Source of the DNA: an uncultured Smithella sp.
GTDB taxonomy: Bacteria; Desulfobacterota; Syntrophia; Syntrophales; Smithellaceae
Length of the DNA stretch: 64,000 nt
Assembly: GCA_964469905.1 (NCBI GenBank)
Contig: CAYXZW010000001.1
Location: forward strand, 134,783-198,782
Direction: 5' to 3'
A model generated the notes under the pieces. The model was not told the origin of the DNA and ran no database searches. It saw nothing but the letters and a program-made list of their open reading frames with translations. Below are positions 29,606-38,978 of the stretch, in pieces (position 1 is the first letter of the stretch; every line of letters starts with the position of its first letter). The position numbers and the translations under genes were made by a program.

Positions 29606-31366
29606 TTATTGAATCGCATTAAATTTACATACTTGCAGGCATAAGCCGCAACCGTTGCAGAGATTTTCGTCGATTATCGATATACCTTCCCTCTTAGAGC
29701 CCTCTTTCTTCTCCATTTTTTTCCAGGAAATCGGCGGGCATCCCAGACCAAGACATATTTTACAGCCTGTGCATTTATCCGGATCAACCTGTAATGGCTT
29801 TTGCGGTTCCGATTTTGCCCGCTTGAATAAAACGCAAGGCCTTTTTGAAATTACTACTGAAGGACCGTCTTTGTCCAGTTCTTCCTTAATAACAGCTCTG
29901 GTGCTTTTGAGATCATAAGGATCAACAATTCTTATATTCTCGATACCCAACGCCGATACTAAAACCTTTAAATCAAGTTGGATTGATTCTTCTCCCAGAA
30001 TTGTGTAGCCGGTTCCCGGATGCTCCTGCATACCAGTCATTGCTGTTGTGCTGTTGTCGCATATTATGATAACTGCATTACTCTTGTTGTATGCCATATT
30101 TAAGAGAGGAGTAATTCCGGAATGGATAAAAGTAGAATCACCAATAACGCCGACTATCTTGCCCTTCCCTTTTTCCTTTAAAGCTTTGCTCATCCCATGA
30201 GCCATGCCAATGCTAGCCCCCATACAGATACAGGAATGCAATCCTTCTAAGGGTTTCATATAAGAAAGTGTATAACATCCGATATCTCCGGTCACAAATA
30301 GCTTAAGTTTGTTTAATGTATAAAATAAGCCACGGTGTGGACAACCAGGACAGAGATTTGGCGGACGTGGCGGAATACCCTTCGCTGGAACATTCTCCTG
30401 TTTGTCGAGTTTATTTATTGCGGCCTGGATAATTCCGGGATCGAACTCATTAGTGTAGGGGAAAATGTCCTTCCCTATTACCTTGATACCCATTGCCTTA
30501 ATTTGTTCTTCCAGAAAGGGGTCTAACTCTTCAACAACATAAATATTCTTAACTTTGGAGGCAAAATCTCTAATCATTTTTTCCGGTAATGGATGAACCA
30601 TGCCCAATTTCAGATAGGAGTAATCCGGGAAAACATCTTTGGCGTAATTATAAGGCATACCTGCTGTGATGATACCGACATCCGGATTGTTAATCTCCAT
30701 TCTATTTTCGCTGAATTTTTCGGCAAAATCTTTTAAATGCTGCATACGTTTTTCAACTTCAATACGCCGGATACGTGCATTAACCGGCACCATAACGAAT
30801 TTTGCCGAATTATAGCTTATGTTTGTCTTATCCTGATATGGCAGGGGATCTTCCAAAGAAACAACCGCTTTGGAATGAGAAACTCTTGTTGTAGAACGTA
30901 AAAATACAGGCGTATCGAATTTTTCGCTGATCTCAAAGGCCAGTTTAATGAATTCTTTTGCTTCCTGAGGATCTGACGGTTCCAGCATGGGAATTTTTGC
31001 AAACTTCGCATAGTTACGATTGTCTTGTTCGTTCTGTGAACTGTGAAGGGAAGGATCGTCGGCAGTTATGATGACAAGCGCTCCGTTAGTGCCTGTATAG
31101 CTGACGGTAAAAAGAGGATCCGCAGCAACGTTAACACCTACGTGTTTCATGATGGCAATTGCTTTTTCACCAGCTAAAGCAGCCCCGATAGCTACTTCCA
31201 AAGCAACTTTTTCATTGGGCGACCATTCAGCATACACTCCTTCATATTTGGAATATTCTTCCATAATTTCTGTGCTGGGAGTCCCTGGGTATGCTGCCGC
31301 AAATCTTACCCCAGCTTCATACACACCACGGGCAATTGCTTCGTTTCCTGACATTAGTATCTTCAA
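29606..31366 (-). CDS. iorA: Indolepyruvate:ferredoxin oxidoreductase alpha subunit
   Basis: 586 aa with a TPP-binding region (GDIGCY, GDSTFIHSG) and a C-terminal 2x[4Fe-4S] region (CTGCKICL...CNGCGLCLQVC). Confidence 0.9.
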   Translation of the reverse strand: MKILMSGNEAIARGVYEAGVRFAAAYPGTPSTEIMEEYSKYEGVYAEWSPNEKVALEVAIGAALAGEKAIAIMKHVGVNVAADPLFTVSYTGTNGALVIITADDPSLHSSQNEQDNRNYAKFAKIPMLEPSDPQEAKEFIKLAFEISEKFDTPVFLRSTTRVSHSKAVVSLEDPLPYQDKTNISYNSAKFVMVPVNARIRRIEVEKRMQHLKDFAEKFSENRMEINNPDVGIITAGMPYNYAKDVFPDYSYLKLGMVHPLPEKMIRDFASKVKNIYVVEELDPFLEEQIKAMGIKVIGKDIFPYTNEFDPGIIQAAINKLDKQENVPAKGIPPRPPNLCPGCPHRGLFYTLNKLKLFVTGDIGCYTLSYMKPLEGLHSCICMGASIGMAHGMSKALKEKGKGKIVGVIGDSTFIHSGITPLLNMAYNKSNAVIIICDNSTTAMTGMQEHPGTGYTILGEESIQLDLKVLVSALGIENIRIVDPYDLKSTRAVIKEELDKDGPSVVISKRPCVLFKRAKSEPQKPLQVDPDKCTGCKICLGLGCPPISWKKMEKKEGSKREGISIIDENLCNGCGLCLQVCKFNAIQ

Positions 31367-31396
31367 ATCTTAAGCCTCCGGATTAATTATTTTTCA

Positions 31397-32077
31397 TCAG
31401 CTAAGAGTGGCTATCTTGCGTTTTATAAAAAGGGTCATTGAAGGATCTGTAGTTTTCTGCAAAGCACTTGAATAATTCTCTAATGCTTTTTTCTTGTCGT
31501 TCATCAGTTCATATATGCGGGCAATGTTGCGATAGCCAATCGCTTCAAATCCGCTGTTGTTAATTTTTTGAGCCTGCTCAAAATAACTAAGCGCCAATTT
31601 AAAATCCTTCTTATTTTCATAACAGTATCCTAAAGAAGTAAATGCCAAAAATCTTATTCCGGCATTATCTGCTGTCGTAGCAGCAATGTAGTTTTTGTAG
31701 GAGTCAATAGCACCATCAATATCGCCCTGATTATGATAAATATTACCAAGATTGTACCACGCAATTTTTGCACTCCAGCTGCGCGGATATTTGTCGATCA
31801 ATTCTTTAAAAAGTGGAATACTATCTTTTGCCGCCTGCGGTTTTTCTGCATTTCTAATCAGATTATCCTGAGCTTTTGTGTATAACACTAATGCGGACGT
31901 CTGATAATTGCTCCAGTAAAAATAAGTAGATAGCGCAATTACGATTGCCAAGCAGATCGCGCTGACAATTACATAAACGCGTGTCTTATTCTCCACAAAG
32001 TAATTTGTAAGTCTTTCAATGGTTGATTGAAAAGCATCCGGGCCTTCCAGTTCTTTTTTGGACAATTTTGCTGCCAT
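31397..32077 (-). CDS. Membrane-anchored TPR protein (YfgM-like)
   Basis: 226 aa with one N-terminal TM (VYVIVSAICLAIVIALSTYFYW) followed by TPR-like repeats. Confidence 0.65.
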   Translation of the reverse strand: MAAKLSKKELEGPDAFQSTIERLTNYFVENKTRVYVIVSAICLAIVIALSTYFYWSNYQTSALVLYTKAQDNLIRNAEKPQAAKDSIPLFKELIDKYPRSWSAKIAWYNLGNIYHNQGDIDGAIDSYKNYIAATTADNAGIRFLAFTSLGYCYENKKDFKLALSYFEQAQKINNSGFEAIGYRNIARIYELMNDKKKALENYSSALQKTTDPSMTLFIKRKIATLS

Positions 32078-32078
32078 C

Positions 32079-32495
32079 TTATTCCCCTTTAATATTATAT
32101 TTATCTTTCAGGTCGAGAAGTATCTGAGGTATTCTACGTACTTTGCCTTCTTTATTTGTGCAGGCGTGCATTGTATAGCCGGAGGCGTGCTGATGCCGCT
32201 TTTCTTCATCCCAGATAATATATTTAAATTTGATTAGAACTCTTGATATGTATTCTATCATTGTTTCCACAACCAATAACTGATCGTATTTTGCAGGCAG
32301 AATATAATTGCAATATGCCTCGGTTAAAGGCAGATTAAATCCATGTTTTTCTACTTCAGTATAGAGAAGACCCATTTGCCGTAAGATTTCAGTACGACCG
32401 ATTTCAAACCATTTGATATAGTTCGTGTGATAAACTATACCCATAGCGTCCGTATCTGCATAAATAACTCTTACTTTTGTCAGATTATGAACCAA
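32079..32495 (-). CDS. Acyl-CoA thioesterase, 4HBT/YbgC family
   Basis: 138 aa. VIYADTDAMGIVYHTNY is the hot-dog-fold YbgC signature. Confidence 0.8.
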   Translation of the reverse strand: MVHNLTKVRVIYADTDAMGIVYHTNYIKWFEIGRTEILRQMGLLYTEVEKHGFNLPLTEAYCNYILPAKYDQLLVVETMIEYISRVLIKFKYIIWDEEKRHQHASGYTMHACTNKEGKVRRIPQILLDLKDKYNIKGE

Positions 32496-33711
32496 CGAAA
32501 GATCTCCAATCGGAAATAAACTTCTCCATAAGCAAGTGACCGGGAGAAATTATTATACCACTTTCTTTCGCGGCAAATTCATCAAAAGCTCTCCCTGATA
32601 CTATATTTTCTTCTTTACGTGATGATAAAACAGCAAAAGGACTAGGATCACTTGTATGTGTTTTTAAATCAAGCGGTGTAGGATGATCACTCAAGACCAA
32701 TAATCTGAAATCACCGAATGAACTTATATTGTTCAAAATAGTTCCAACGATCTTTTCATCAAAAAATTCTATAGCCTGAATTTTACCTTCAACATTGCCT
32801 TCGTGCCCCATTTCGTCAGGAGCTTCTAAATGAACAAAAATAAAATCCATGAAATTCAAAGCATCTAGTGCCGCTTTAGCTTTACCTTCATAATTAGTGT
32901 CGATGTATCCGGTTGCTCCCGGCACACGGATTATTTTTAATCCGGCAAGTACTCCGATACCGTTGAGTAAATCAACAGCAGAAATCATCCCACCCTGCAA
33001 TCCGAATTTCTTGGTAAGAGGAGTTATCTGAGGCTTCCCACCCTGCCCCCAAAGCCAAATGGAATTAGCGGATTTTTTCCCGTTTTTTAGTCTGGTAATA
33101 TTAATGCGATGGTTTTTTAATACTTCTGAAGCATTCTTCATTAGCAAGTTAACTTCATCAGCCATAGCGCCATTAGGCACGTAAGAGGCAATGGCTTTTC
33201 CAGATATATCATGCGGTGGTGTGGTTTGTGGTGATGATGTTGCGTTACGCCAGACAAGCAAATGCCGATAACCGACACCCGGATAAAACTGATATTGAGC
33301 AGATCCCAGTTGTTTGTTGAGATCACTGATAATTTCAGCAGCTTCGCTACTGGAAATATGCCCGGCAGTAAAATCGTCCATGAACGCATCGGCAGTGTCT
33401 TTTGCACCTACTGAGATCAGATTGCAACGATATGCAATATCATTTGGACCAAGATTTATCCCCATGCTGGCGGCTTCCAGAGGCCCCCTGCCGGTATATG
33501 TTTGCAGCGGGTCATACCCGAGAACTGATAAATTCGCAACATCGCTACCCGGAGTAAAACCTGCTGGAATTGTGTCAACCAGACCAATTGTACCGCAAGA
33601 GGATATCTCATCAAGATGAGGCGTAAAAGCACATTGCAGCGGTGTTTTTCCACCAAGTTTGTCTGTGGGATAGTCAGCCATCCCATCGCCGAGTAAAACT
33701 ACGTATTTCAT
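32485..33711 (-). CDS. Cofactor-independent phosphoglycerate mutase family (ApgM-like); 'proposed homoserine kinase' subgroup
   Basis: 408 aa. It has the alkaline-phosphatase-superfamily metal site pattern (LGDGMADYP...; HLEAPDEMGHEG; SDHPTP). It lies immediately downstream of hom. Confidence 0.8.
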   Translation of the reverse strand: MKYVVLLGDGMADYPTDKLGGKTPLQCAFTPHLDEISSCGTIGLVDTIPAGFTPGSDVANLSVLGYDPLQTYTGRGPLEAASMGINLGPNDIAYRCNLISVGAKDTADAFMDDFTAGHISSSEAAEIISDLNKQLGSAQYQFYPGVGYRHLLVWRNATSSPQTTPPHDISGKAIASYVPNGAMADEVNLLMKNASEVLKNHRINITRLKNGKKSANSIWLWGQGGKPQITPLTKKFGLQGGMISAVDLLNGIGVLAGLKIIRVPGATGYIDTNYEGKAKAALDALNFMDFIFVHLEAPDEMGHEGNVEGKIQAIEFFDEKIVGTILNNISSFGDFRLLVLSDHPTPLDLKTHTSDPSPFAVLSSRKEENIVSGRAFDEFAAKESGIIISPGHLLMEKFISDWRSFVGS

Positions 33712-33762
33712 TGCTAAATGGTCCTTATGTCCTTTGGATGAATGTCAGTTATTATTCGAATA

Positions 33763-35073
33763 TTATTGCAACTCATCCTCAATGCGCACGATAATAGTCT
33801 TATCCATAACTATATCCAGCTTGTCTATTAATTTTAAAGCCTTCCGCACATTCTTTTCTTTTGCCATATAAGTAGTCATAACTACAGGTACTGACCCTTC
33901 TTCCTGTCTTGCCTTTTGGATAACTGTGGCAATGCTGATATGATTATCACCGAGGATACCTGATATTTTTGAAAGAACACCGGGTCTATCAACTGCAGTA
34001 AAGCGAAAATAATATTTGGTTTCGACATCATCCATTGGCAGAAGCTTAATATCAGACATTGATGTTTCTTTTTGTGTTCTCAACGGCGATGATCTATGAA
34101 CACCTTGCAGTATATTACGTGATATATCAATGACATCACTGACTACAGCACTAGCCGTAGGCATCATTCCCGCACCTTGGCCGTAAAGGAAAACGGGTCC
34201 GGAAGCATCACCTATCAGATGAAACGCATTATAATTGCGGTTAACATTAGCCAGAAGATGCTGAGAAGGAATCATCGTCGCATGAATTCTTGCCTCTACT
34301 ACATCGCTGTGTAAAATAGCAATTGCCAGTAACTTAATACGATAACCCAATTCTCTGGCAAAGACCACATCCTGCCGGCTGATTGCCGAAATACCTTCCA
34401 GGAAAATCTCCTTCATATTTACTTTACAGCCATAAGCCAGCGAGAGAATAATAGCAAGCTTATGCGCCGTATCTATACCCTCGATGTCATACGTAGGGTC
34501 GGCTTCGGCATAACCTAGTTTTTGTGCCTCTTTTAAAACAACATCAAAATCTTTCCCCTCGTCAGTCATCTTGGTCAGAATGAAATTAGCTGTACCATTC
34601 ATAATGCCGTAAATTGATTTGATGTTATTGGCAATGAGTGATTCTTTGAGTGTTCTAATAATGGGGATTGTTCCGCCAACAGATGCTTCAAAACCGATGT
34701 CAGTCTTATTTTTCTCTGCTGCTTTAAAGATTTCATTGCCGTGTGCTGCAAGTAAAGCTTTATTCGCTGTTACAACCTGTTTCCCATTGGCAATAGCCTC
34801 CAGAATAAAAGTCCTTGCGGGTTCATATCCGCCCATCAATTCGATAATTATATCTATATTTTTATCCTGGAGTACTTCCCTAACATCAGTAGTAAGGATA
34901 TTTTTATTTACCTTTACCGGCCGGGGTGTCGTTATATCAATATCGGCGATTTTTTTGAGCAGTAATCTGGCGGAAAGCTTTTTTTCGATCAGCTTTTCAT
35001 TATCCTGCAACAGCTTAATAACGCCGCAGCCGATAGTACCAAAACCGATTAAGCCTATATTAATATTTTTCAT
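33763..35073 (-). CDS. hom: Homoserine dehydrogenase
   Basis: 436 aa with N-terminal GLIGFGTIGCG, a catalytic domain and a C-terminal ACT domain (YYFRFTAVDRPGVLSKISGILG). Confidence 0.9.
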   Translation of the reverse strand: MKNINIGLIGFGTIGCGVIKLLQDNEKLIEKKLSARLLLKKIADIDITTPRPVKVNKNILTTDVREVLQDKNIDIIIELMGGYEPARTFILEAIANGKQVVTANKALLAAHGNEIFKAAEKNKTDIGFEASVGGTIPIIRTLKESLIANNIKSIYGIMNGTANFILTKMTDEGKDFDVVLKEAQKLGYAEADPTYDIEGIDTAHKLAIILSLAYGCKVNMKEIFLEGISAISRQDVVFARELGYRIKLLAIAILHSDVVEARIHATMIPSQHLLANVNRNYNAFHLIGDASGPVFLYGQGAGMMPTASAVVSDVIDISRNILQGVHRSSPLRTQKETSMSDIKLLPMDDVETKYYFRFTAVDRPGVLSKISGILGDNHISIATVIQKARQEEGSVPVVMTTYMAKEKNVRKALKLIDKLDIVMDKTIIVRIEDELQ

Positions 35074-35347
35074 TATTCACACCTGAATCCCTTTACATTT
35101 CACTGATAATTTTATATCAGATTGATCAGTTTCAGCACTTTTTCTTATAACAGTTACTCCTGTTTTGTCAAACATATATAAACCTGAACCAATTGAAATA
35201 ATGGACGTGCTGAAGAATAAGTTACAATCGAACAATAAATCGGCAGCTGGATTTAGCAATGAATTGGTAATAATATGTCGGAATGATAGCTTATTGTGAT
35301 TAGCCGTGTATAGTGAGGTTTCTTGTTGTCCTGCTCCTATATAACAT

Positions 35348-35383
35348 AAAAAAGGGGAGTATGCGCTCATCGCTCATCTCCCC
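35348..35383 (-). terminator. Rho-independent terminator downstream of tRNA-Pro
   Basis: On the minus strand: GGGGAG (35383-35378), an 18-nt loop, CTCCCC (35359-35354), then T6. The plus strand also has a T-run, so it may act bidirectionally. Confidence 0.6.
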
Positions 35384-35395
35384 TTTTTGCTTTTT

Positions 35396-35472
35396 TGGTC
35401 GGGGCGAGTGGATTTGAACCACCGGCCCTCTGAACCCCATTCAGATACGCTACCAGACTGCGCCACGCCCCG
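35396..35472 (-). tRNA. tRNA-Pro (anticodon GGG), CCA encoded
   Basis: Hand-folded 77-nt cloverleaf on the minus strand. Acceptor is CGGGGCG/CGCCCCG, anticodon stem TCTGA/TCAGA with loop ATGGGGT, and T arm GGTGG-TTCAAAT-CCACT, ending in ACCA. Confidence 0.9.
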
Positions 35473-35501
35473 ACAATTTGTAATGTTTTAAAGTGTTGAG
35501 G

Positions 35502-35530
35502 TCATTACCATCATCATAAAATCGTGTCAA
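35502..35530 (-). promoter_or_regulatory. Candidate promoter for tRNA-Pro
   Basis: On the minus strand: TTGACA (35530-35525), a 17-nt spacer, then TAATGA (35507-35502), about 30 nt upstream of the tRNA 5' end. Confidence 0.3.
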
Positions 35531-35649
35531 GAACAAACAAATAACGCTGCGATATTTAGAAAGATTAATATATTTTTAATTACGTATAATTGAGAAGAAC
35601 AGTAAAAATATATCTTGAACTAATACGAGCAATAAAGTAACCTTCAAGT

Positions 35650-36276
35650 ATGGATAATAATTCATACATGTTAAAAGTATTTAACAAAAATAAAGTTCTA
35701 CACATATTCTATTTGCTGATTGCTACGTTTTGTCTCCTTATAACAGCTAATCAGGCAAAGGCCGACATTTTCAAATACGTTGATGACGAAGGCGTATTGC
35801 ATTTGACGAATGTTCCTTCCATTCCTAATGCCAGGTATGTTCTTGTCTTGAAAGAAAAAAGGGTTCTTTTCCGTAAAAATATAGATATAAACAATTTTGA
35901 CCAAATTATTATGAGGGCAGCTGACAAGCACAAAATGGATCCCGCTTTAATCAAAGCGGTTATTAAAGCAGAATCAAATTTTAACCATCAGGCAGTTTCG
36001 CCTGTCGGTGCTCAAGGCCTGATGCAACTCATGCCGGCTACGGCTTCTCAACTGCAAGTTGACGATGCTTTTCATCCCGAAAAAAATATTGAAGGTGGAG
36101 TGCGTTATCTCCGATATCTTCTCACTCTTTATCGTGGAAATTTAACACTTGCCTTGGCTGCATATAATGCCGGTGAAGGGGCAGTTGCCAAATACCATAA
36201 CCAGGTGCCTCCCTATCGGGAAACTAAAAATTATGTGAATCGTGTTTTGAGTTTATATAACTCTTTCAGTAGATAG
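35650..36276 (+). CDS. Soluble lytic transglycosylase-domain protein with a DUF4124-like N-terminus
   Basis: 208 aa with a signal/TM segment, IFKYVDDEGVLHLTN (DUF4124-like) and an SLT core (KAESNFNHQAVSPVGAQGLMQLMP...AYNAGEGAV). Confidence 0.8.
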   Translation: MDNNSYMLKVFNKNKVLHIFYLLIATFCLLITANQAKADIFKYVDDEGVLHLTNVPSIPNARYVLVLKEKRVLFRKNIDINNFDQIIMRAADKHKMDPALIKAVIKAESNFNHQAVSPVGAQGLMQLMPATASQLQVDDAFHPEKNIEGGVRYLRYLLTLYRGNLTLALAAYNAGEGAVAKYHNQVPPYRETKNYVNRVLSLYNSFSR

Positions 36277-36829
36277 ATTTCCCGCTTTTTTGTACGTATA
36301 AATATTTTTTCAATTTAACCAGTTTCTTTTCTTTTATCCCGTCTGCTTCCATTAATTCTTCGATGTTCGTAAAGCGTTTTTTCTTGTTTCTTAATGCTAT
36401 TATTTTTTGTGCTGTCATTTCACCGATGCCGGGAATTAGAATCAATTCATCTTGCGTAGCCAAATTAACATCCACGGGCATTCCCAGCGCCAACCTGCGG
36501 GAATTGTCAATTCTTGAACATGATATTATCTCTGCTTTATCGTAATCTATGGACAACTTCATTCCATTTTCAAGTTTAAAATCTTGCAAACTTCTGTATT
36601 CAATACCCACAAGATATAACAGCTCATTGGCAGTTGTGCCGCGTTCGGTAAAATAGATAACTTCTCCCATATTTTTTTTCTGAACAGAAACAATTAATGC
36701 ATTTTCATGCTGATTGGCGAGCAGAGGTGTTTTATATTTCAAGAAAATATTAGAAAAGAAAATAATAAAGGGAATAATTGCCAGAATTAAAATTATTGCA
36801 ATTATTCCCTTCGTTTGGTTCTCAAACAT
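36266..36829 (-). CDS. comEA: ComEA-like helix-hairpin-helix DNA-binding protein
   Basis: 187 aa with an N-terminal TM and a C-terminal HhH pair (VNLATQDELILIPGIGEMTAQKII). Its 3' end overlaps the convergent SLT gene by 11 nt. Confidence 0.75.
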   Translation of the reverse strand: MFENQTKGIIAIILILAIIPFIIFFSNIFLKYKTPLLANQHENALIVSVQKKNMGEVIYFTERGTTANELLYLVGIEYRSLQDFKLENGMKLSIDYDKAEIISCSRIDNSRRLALGMPVDVNLATQDELILIPGIGEMTAQKIIALRNKKKRFTNIEELMEADGIKEKKLVKLKKYLYVQKSGKSIY

Positions 36830-36848
36830 ATATTAACTTATATAGTTG

Positions 36849-38072
36849 CTACGAAGATTTTTTTTCCAAACCGAAAGCATCATGGAGAACCATTATAGCA
36901 AGTTCCGTATATTTTCTTTGAATTACACAGGAAATCTTAATCTCGGATGTGCTAATCATCATGATATTAATACCTTCATCAGCCAATGCGGAAAACATTT
37001 TTGCGGCAACACCAGCATGACTGGCCATACCAACACCGATTATTGATACTTTGGATACCTGATCATCCACTTCGACCCTTTTAGCTCCAATTGTCTCAGC
37101 TGCTTTCTGGATTATTTGTTGTGCTTCTTTTAAATCTTTTTTGGAAACCGTAAATGTAACATCTGTATAATCTTCCAAACTTACATTTTGAATAATCATG
37201 TCAACAATAATATTTTTTTCAGATAAAGGCGTAAACAAACTGGCTGCTATACCGGGTTTATCCGGAACATGAACTACAGTGATTTTAGCCTGATCTCGAT
37301 CGTATGTTATTCCCGACACAATTTCTTTTTCCATATCCTTATCCTCCTTAGTTACAAGCGTTCCGCCTTCATCGGAAAATGTTGATTTTACATATACCGG
37401 CACATCGTATTTCTTAGCCATTTCCACAGAACGCGGCTGTAACACCTTTGCTCCGGTCATGGCCATCTCCAGCATTTCATCATATGATATTTTATCCAGC
37501 CGCCTTGCTTTACTGCAGATATTAGGATCAGTTGTATAAACGCCATCCACATCGGTATAAATATCACACTGATCGGCATTTAAAACTGCCGCCAGAGCTA
37601 CCGCGCTGGTATCAGATCCACCGCGACCGAGAGTTGTTATATTGTCATCCTTATCTACACCTTGAAAACCGGCGACGACAATAACTGTTCCCTTATTTAA
37701 TTCTTTTCTAATTTTTTCGGTATCAACAGATAAAATTCTAGCTTTTTTGTGAGCCTTATCAGTCAGAAATTTAACCTGGGAGCCCAAAAATGATTTCGCC
37801 CGATAACCCATCGAATTCAAGACTATTGCCAGTAAAGTTATAGTAACCTGTTCACCGGTAGAAATTAAAGCATCATATTCTCTCTCATCGGGGAATTCCG
37901 CAGCCTTATGAGCCAGGGCTATTAATTTGTCTGTTTCACCGGACATTGCCGACAACACGACAACAACTTCATTACCGGCCTTTTTTTCACGGATTACTTT
38001 TGCAGCTACATTTTTTATTTTATCTATATCCGCAACCGATGTTCCGCCATATTTTTGCACAACCAATGCCAT
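36849..38072 (-). CDS. lysC: Aspartate kinase (monofunctional, two ACT domains)
   Basis: Starts [13 protein letters not shown] with a GGAGGG RBS that lies inside the tsaE stop region. The track's longer start (38105) would overlap tsaE. ACT repeats are present at the C-terminus. Confidence 0.9.
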   Translation of the reverse strand: MALVVQKYGGTSVADIDKIKNVAAKVIREKKAGNEVVVVLSAMSGETDKLIALAHKAAEFPDEREYDALISTGEQVTITLLAIVLNSMGYRAKSFLGSQVKFLTDKAHKKARILSVDTEKIRKELNKGTVIVVAGFQGVDKDDNITTLGRGGSDTSAVALAAVLNADQCDIYTDVDGVYTTDPNICSKARRLDKISYDEMLEMAMTGAKVLQPRSVEMAKKYDVPVYVKSTFSDEGGTLVTKEDKDMEKEIVSGITYDRDQAKITVVHVPDKPGIAASLFTPLSEKNIIVDMIIQNVSLEDYTDVTFTVSKKDLKEAQQIIQKAAETIGAKRVEVDDQVSKVSIIGVGMASHAGVAAKMFSALADEGINIMMISTSEIKISCVIQRKYTELAIMVLHDAFGLEKKSS

Positions 38073-38077
38073 TTGTC

Positions 38078-38560
38078 CTACCCTCCGTTTTTTATATCTA
38101 AGCAAAATTCCTTAAGCCTACTCTGCGGGCCGTTAATGGTAATTCTTCGTTTATTGTCATCAACGTATTCAAAATTAATAAAAAATGCCTTCTCCGGAAT
38201 AATCTCGGCAATTTTTTCAGCCCATTCAATAACAACCACACCACATCCTGCAAAATATTCTTCGTATCCTAAATCTTCCATATCAGAATAATCGTTAAGC
38301 CGGTATACATCAAAATGATACAATTTATATTTGGCCGGATACTCATTTATTAAAGTAAATGTAGGACTTGTAATTTGATAGTTTTCGCTGACTCCCAATC
38401 CACGGGCCAGTCCACCGGTAAAGCAGGTCTTACCGGAACCGAGCTCACCCGATAACGCAAGTATATCGCCTTTTGCTAATCTTTCTCCAATGCTGCGGGC
38501 AAATATAAAAGTTTCCTGCGCACTGCATGTGATTATCGAAATTGATTTTTCATTTATCAT
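38078..38560 (-). CDS. tsaE: tRNA t6A37 biosynthesis ATPase TsaE
   Basis: 160 aa with P-loop GELGSGKT and SPTFTL...HFDVYRL. Confidence 0.85.
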   Translation of the reverse strand: MINEKSISIITCSAQETFIFARSIGERLAKGDILALSGELGSGKTCFTGGLARGLGVSENYQITSPTFTLINEYPAKYKLYHFDVYRLNDYSDMEDLGYEEYFAGCGVVVIEWAEKIAEIIPEKAFFINFEYVDDNKRRITINGPQSRLKEFCLDIKNGG

Positions 38561-38584
38561 AGAATATCAGTGTAATCCATCAAC

Positions 38585-38968
38585 TTATTTGTTATTTTCC
38601 AGTAAAACAACAGCAGAGGCATATCTGCGAGTATGAGTTAAACTCAAATGCACTTTCACAATATTTCTTTTTTCAATCTGAGCTTTGGCTTCACCGCACA
38701 AAATCAGATCAGGCTTGCCGTATTTATCATTCACAACTTCAATTTCCTTTAACTTTACACCCATTCCCAGGCCGATACCCAATGCTTTAACGAAAGACTC
38801 TTTTGCAGCAAATCGCGCTCCATAATTTACCGATGCCAGTGCGTGCTTCTCGCAGTAATTTATTTCGCTATCGGAGAACACTCTTTGAAGAAATTTCTGG
38901 CCCCATTTGGCAATAATTCTGTCCAAACGATCATTCTCCACCAAATCTATACCAATCCCACAGATCAT
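38585..38968 (-). CDS. acpS: Holo-[acyl-carrier-protein] synthase
   Basis: Starts MICGIGIDLVE (the canonical AcpS N-terminus) with an AAGGAA RBS. It also has FAAKESFVKA and SLTHT. The track start at 39013 would overlap folP. Confidence 0.85.
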   Translation of the reverse strand: MICGIGIDLVENDRLDRIIAKWGQKFLQRVFSDSEINYCEKHALASVNYGARFAAKESFVKALGIGLGMGVKLKEIEVVNDKYGKPDLILCGEAKAQIEKRNIVKVHLSLTHTRRYASAVVLLENNK

Positions 38969-38978
38969 TTTTTCCTTC

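Noticed and set aside
35077-35370. A 97-aa minus-strand ORF between tRNA-Pro and hom
   Set aside because: Its start codon lies inside the loop of the tRNA-Pro terminator hairpin. It has no RBS, and the sequence is low-complexity with no recognisable motif. It is more likely the untranslated promoter/leader region of hom.
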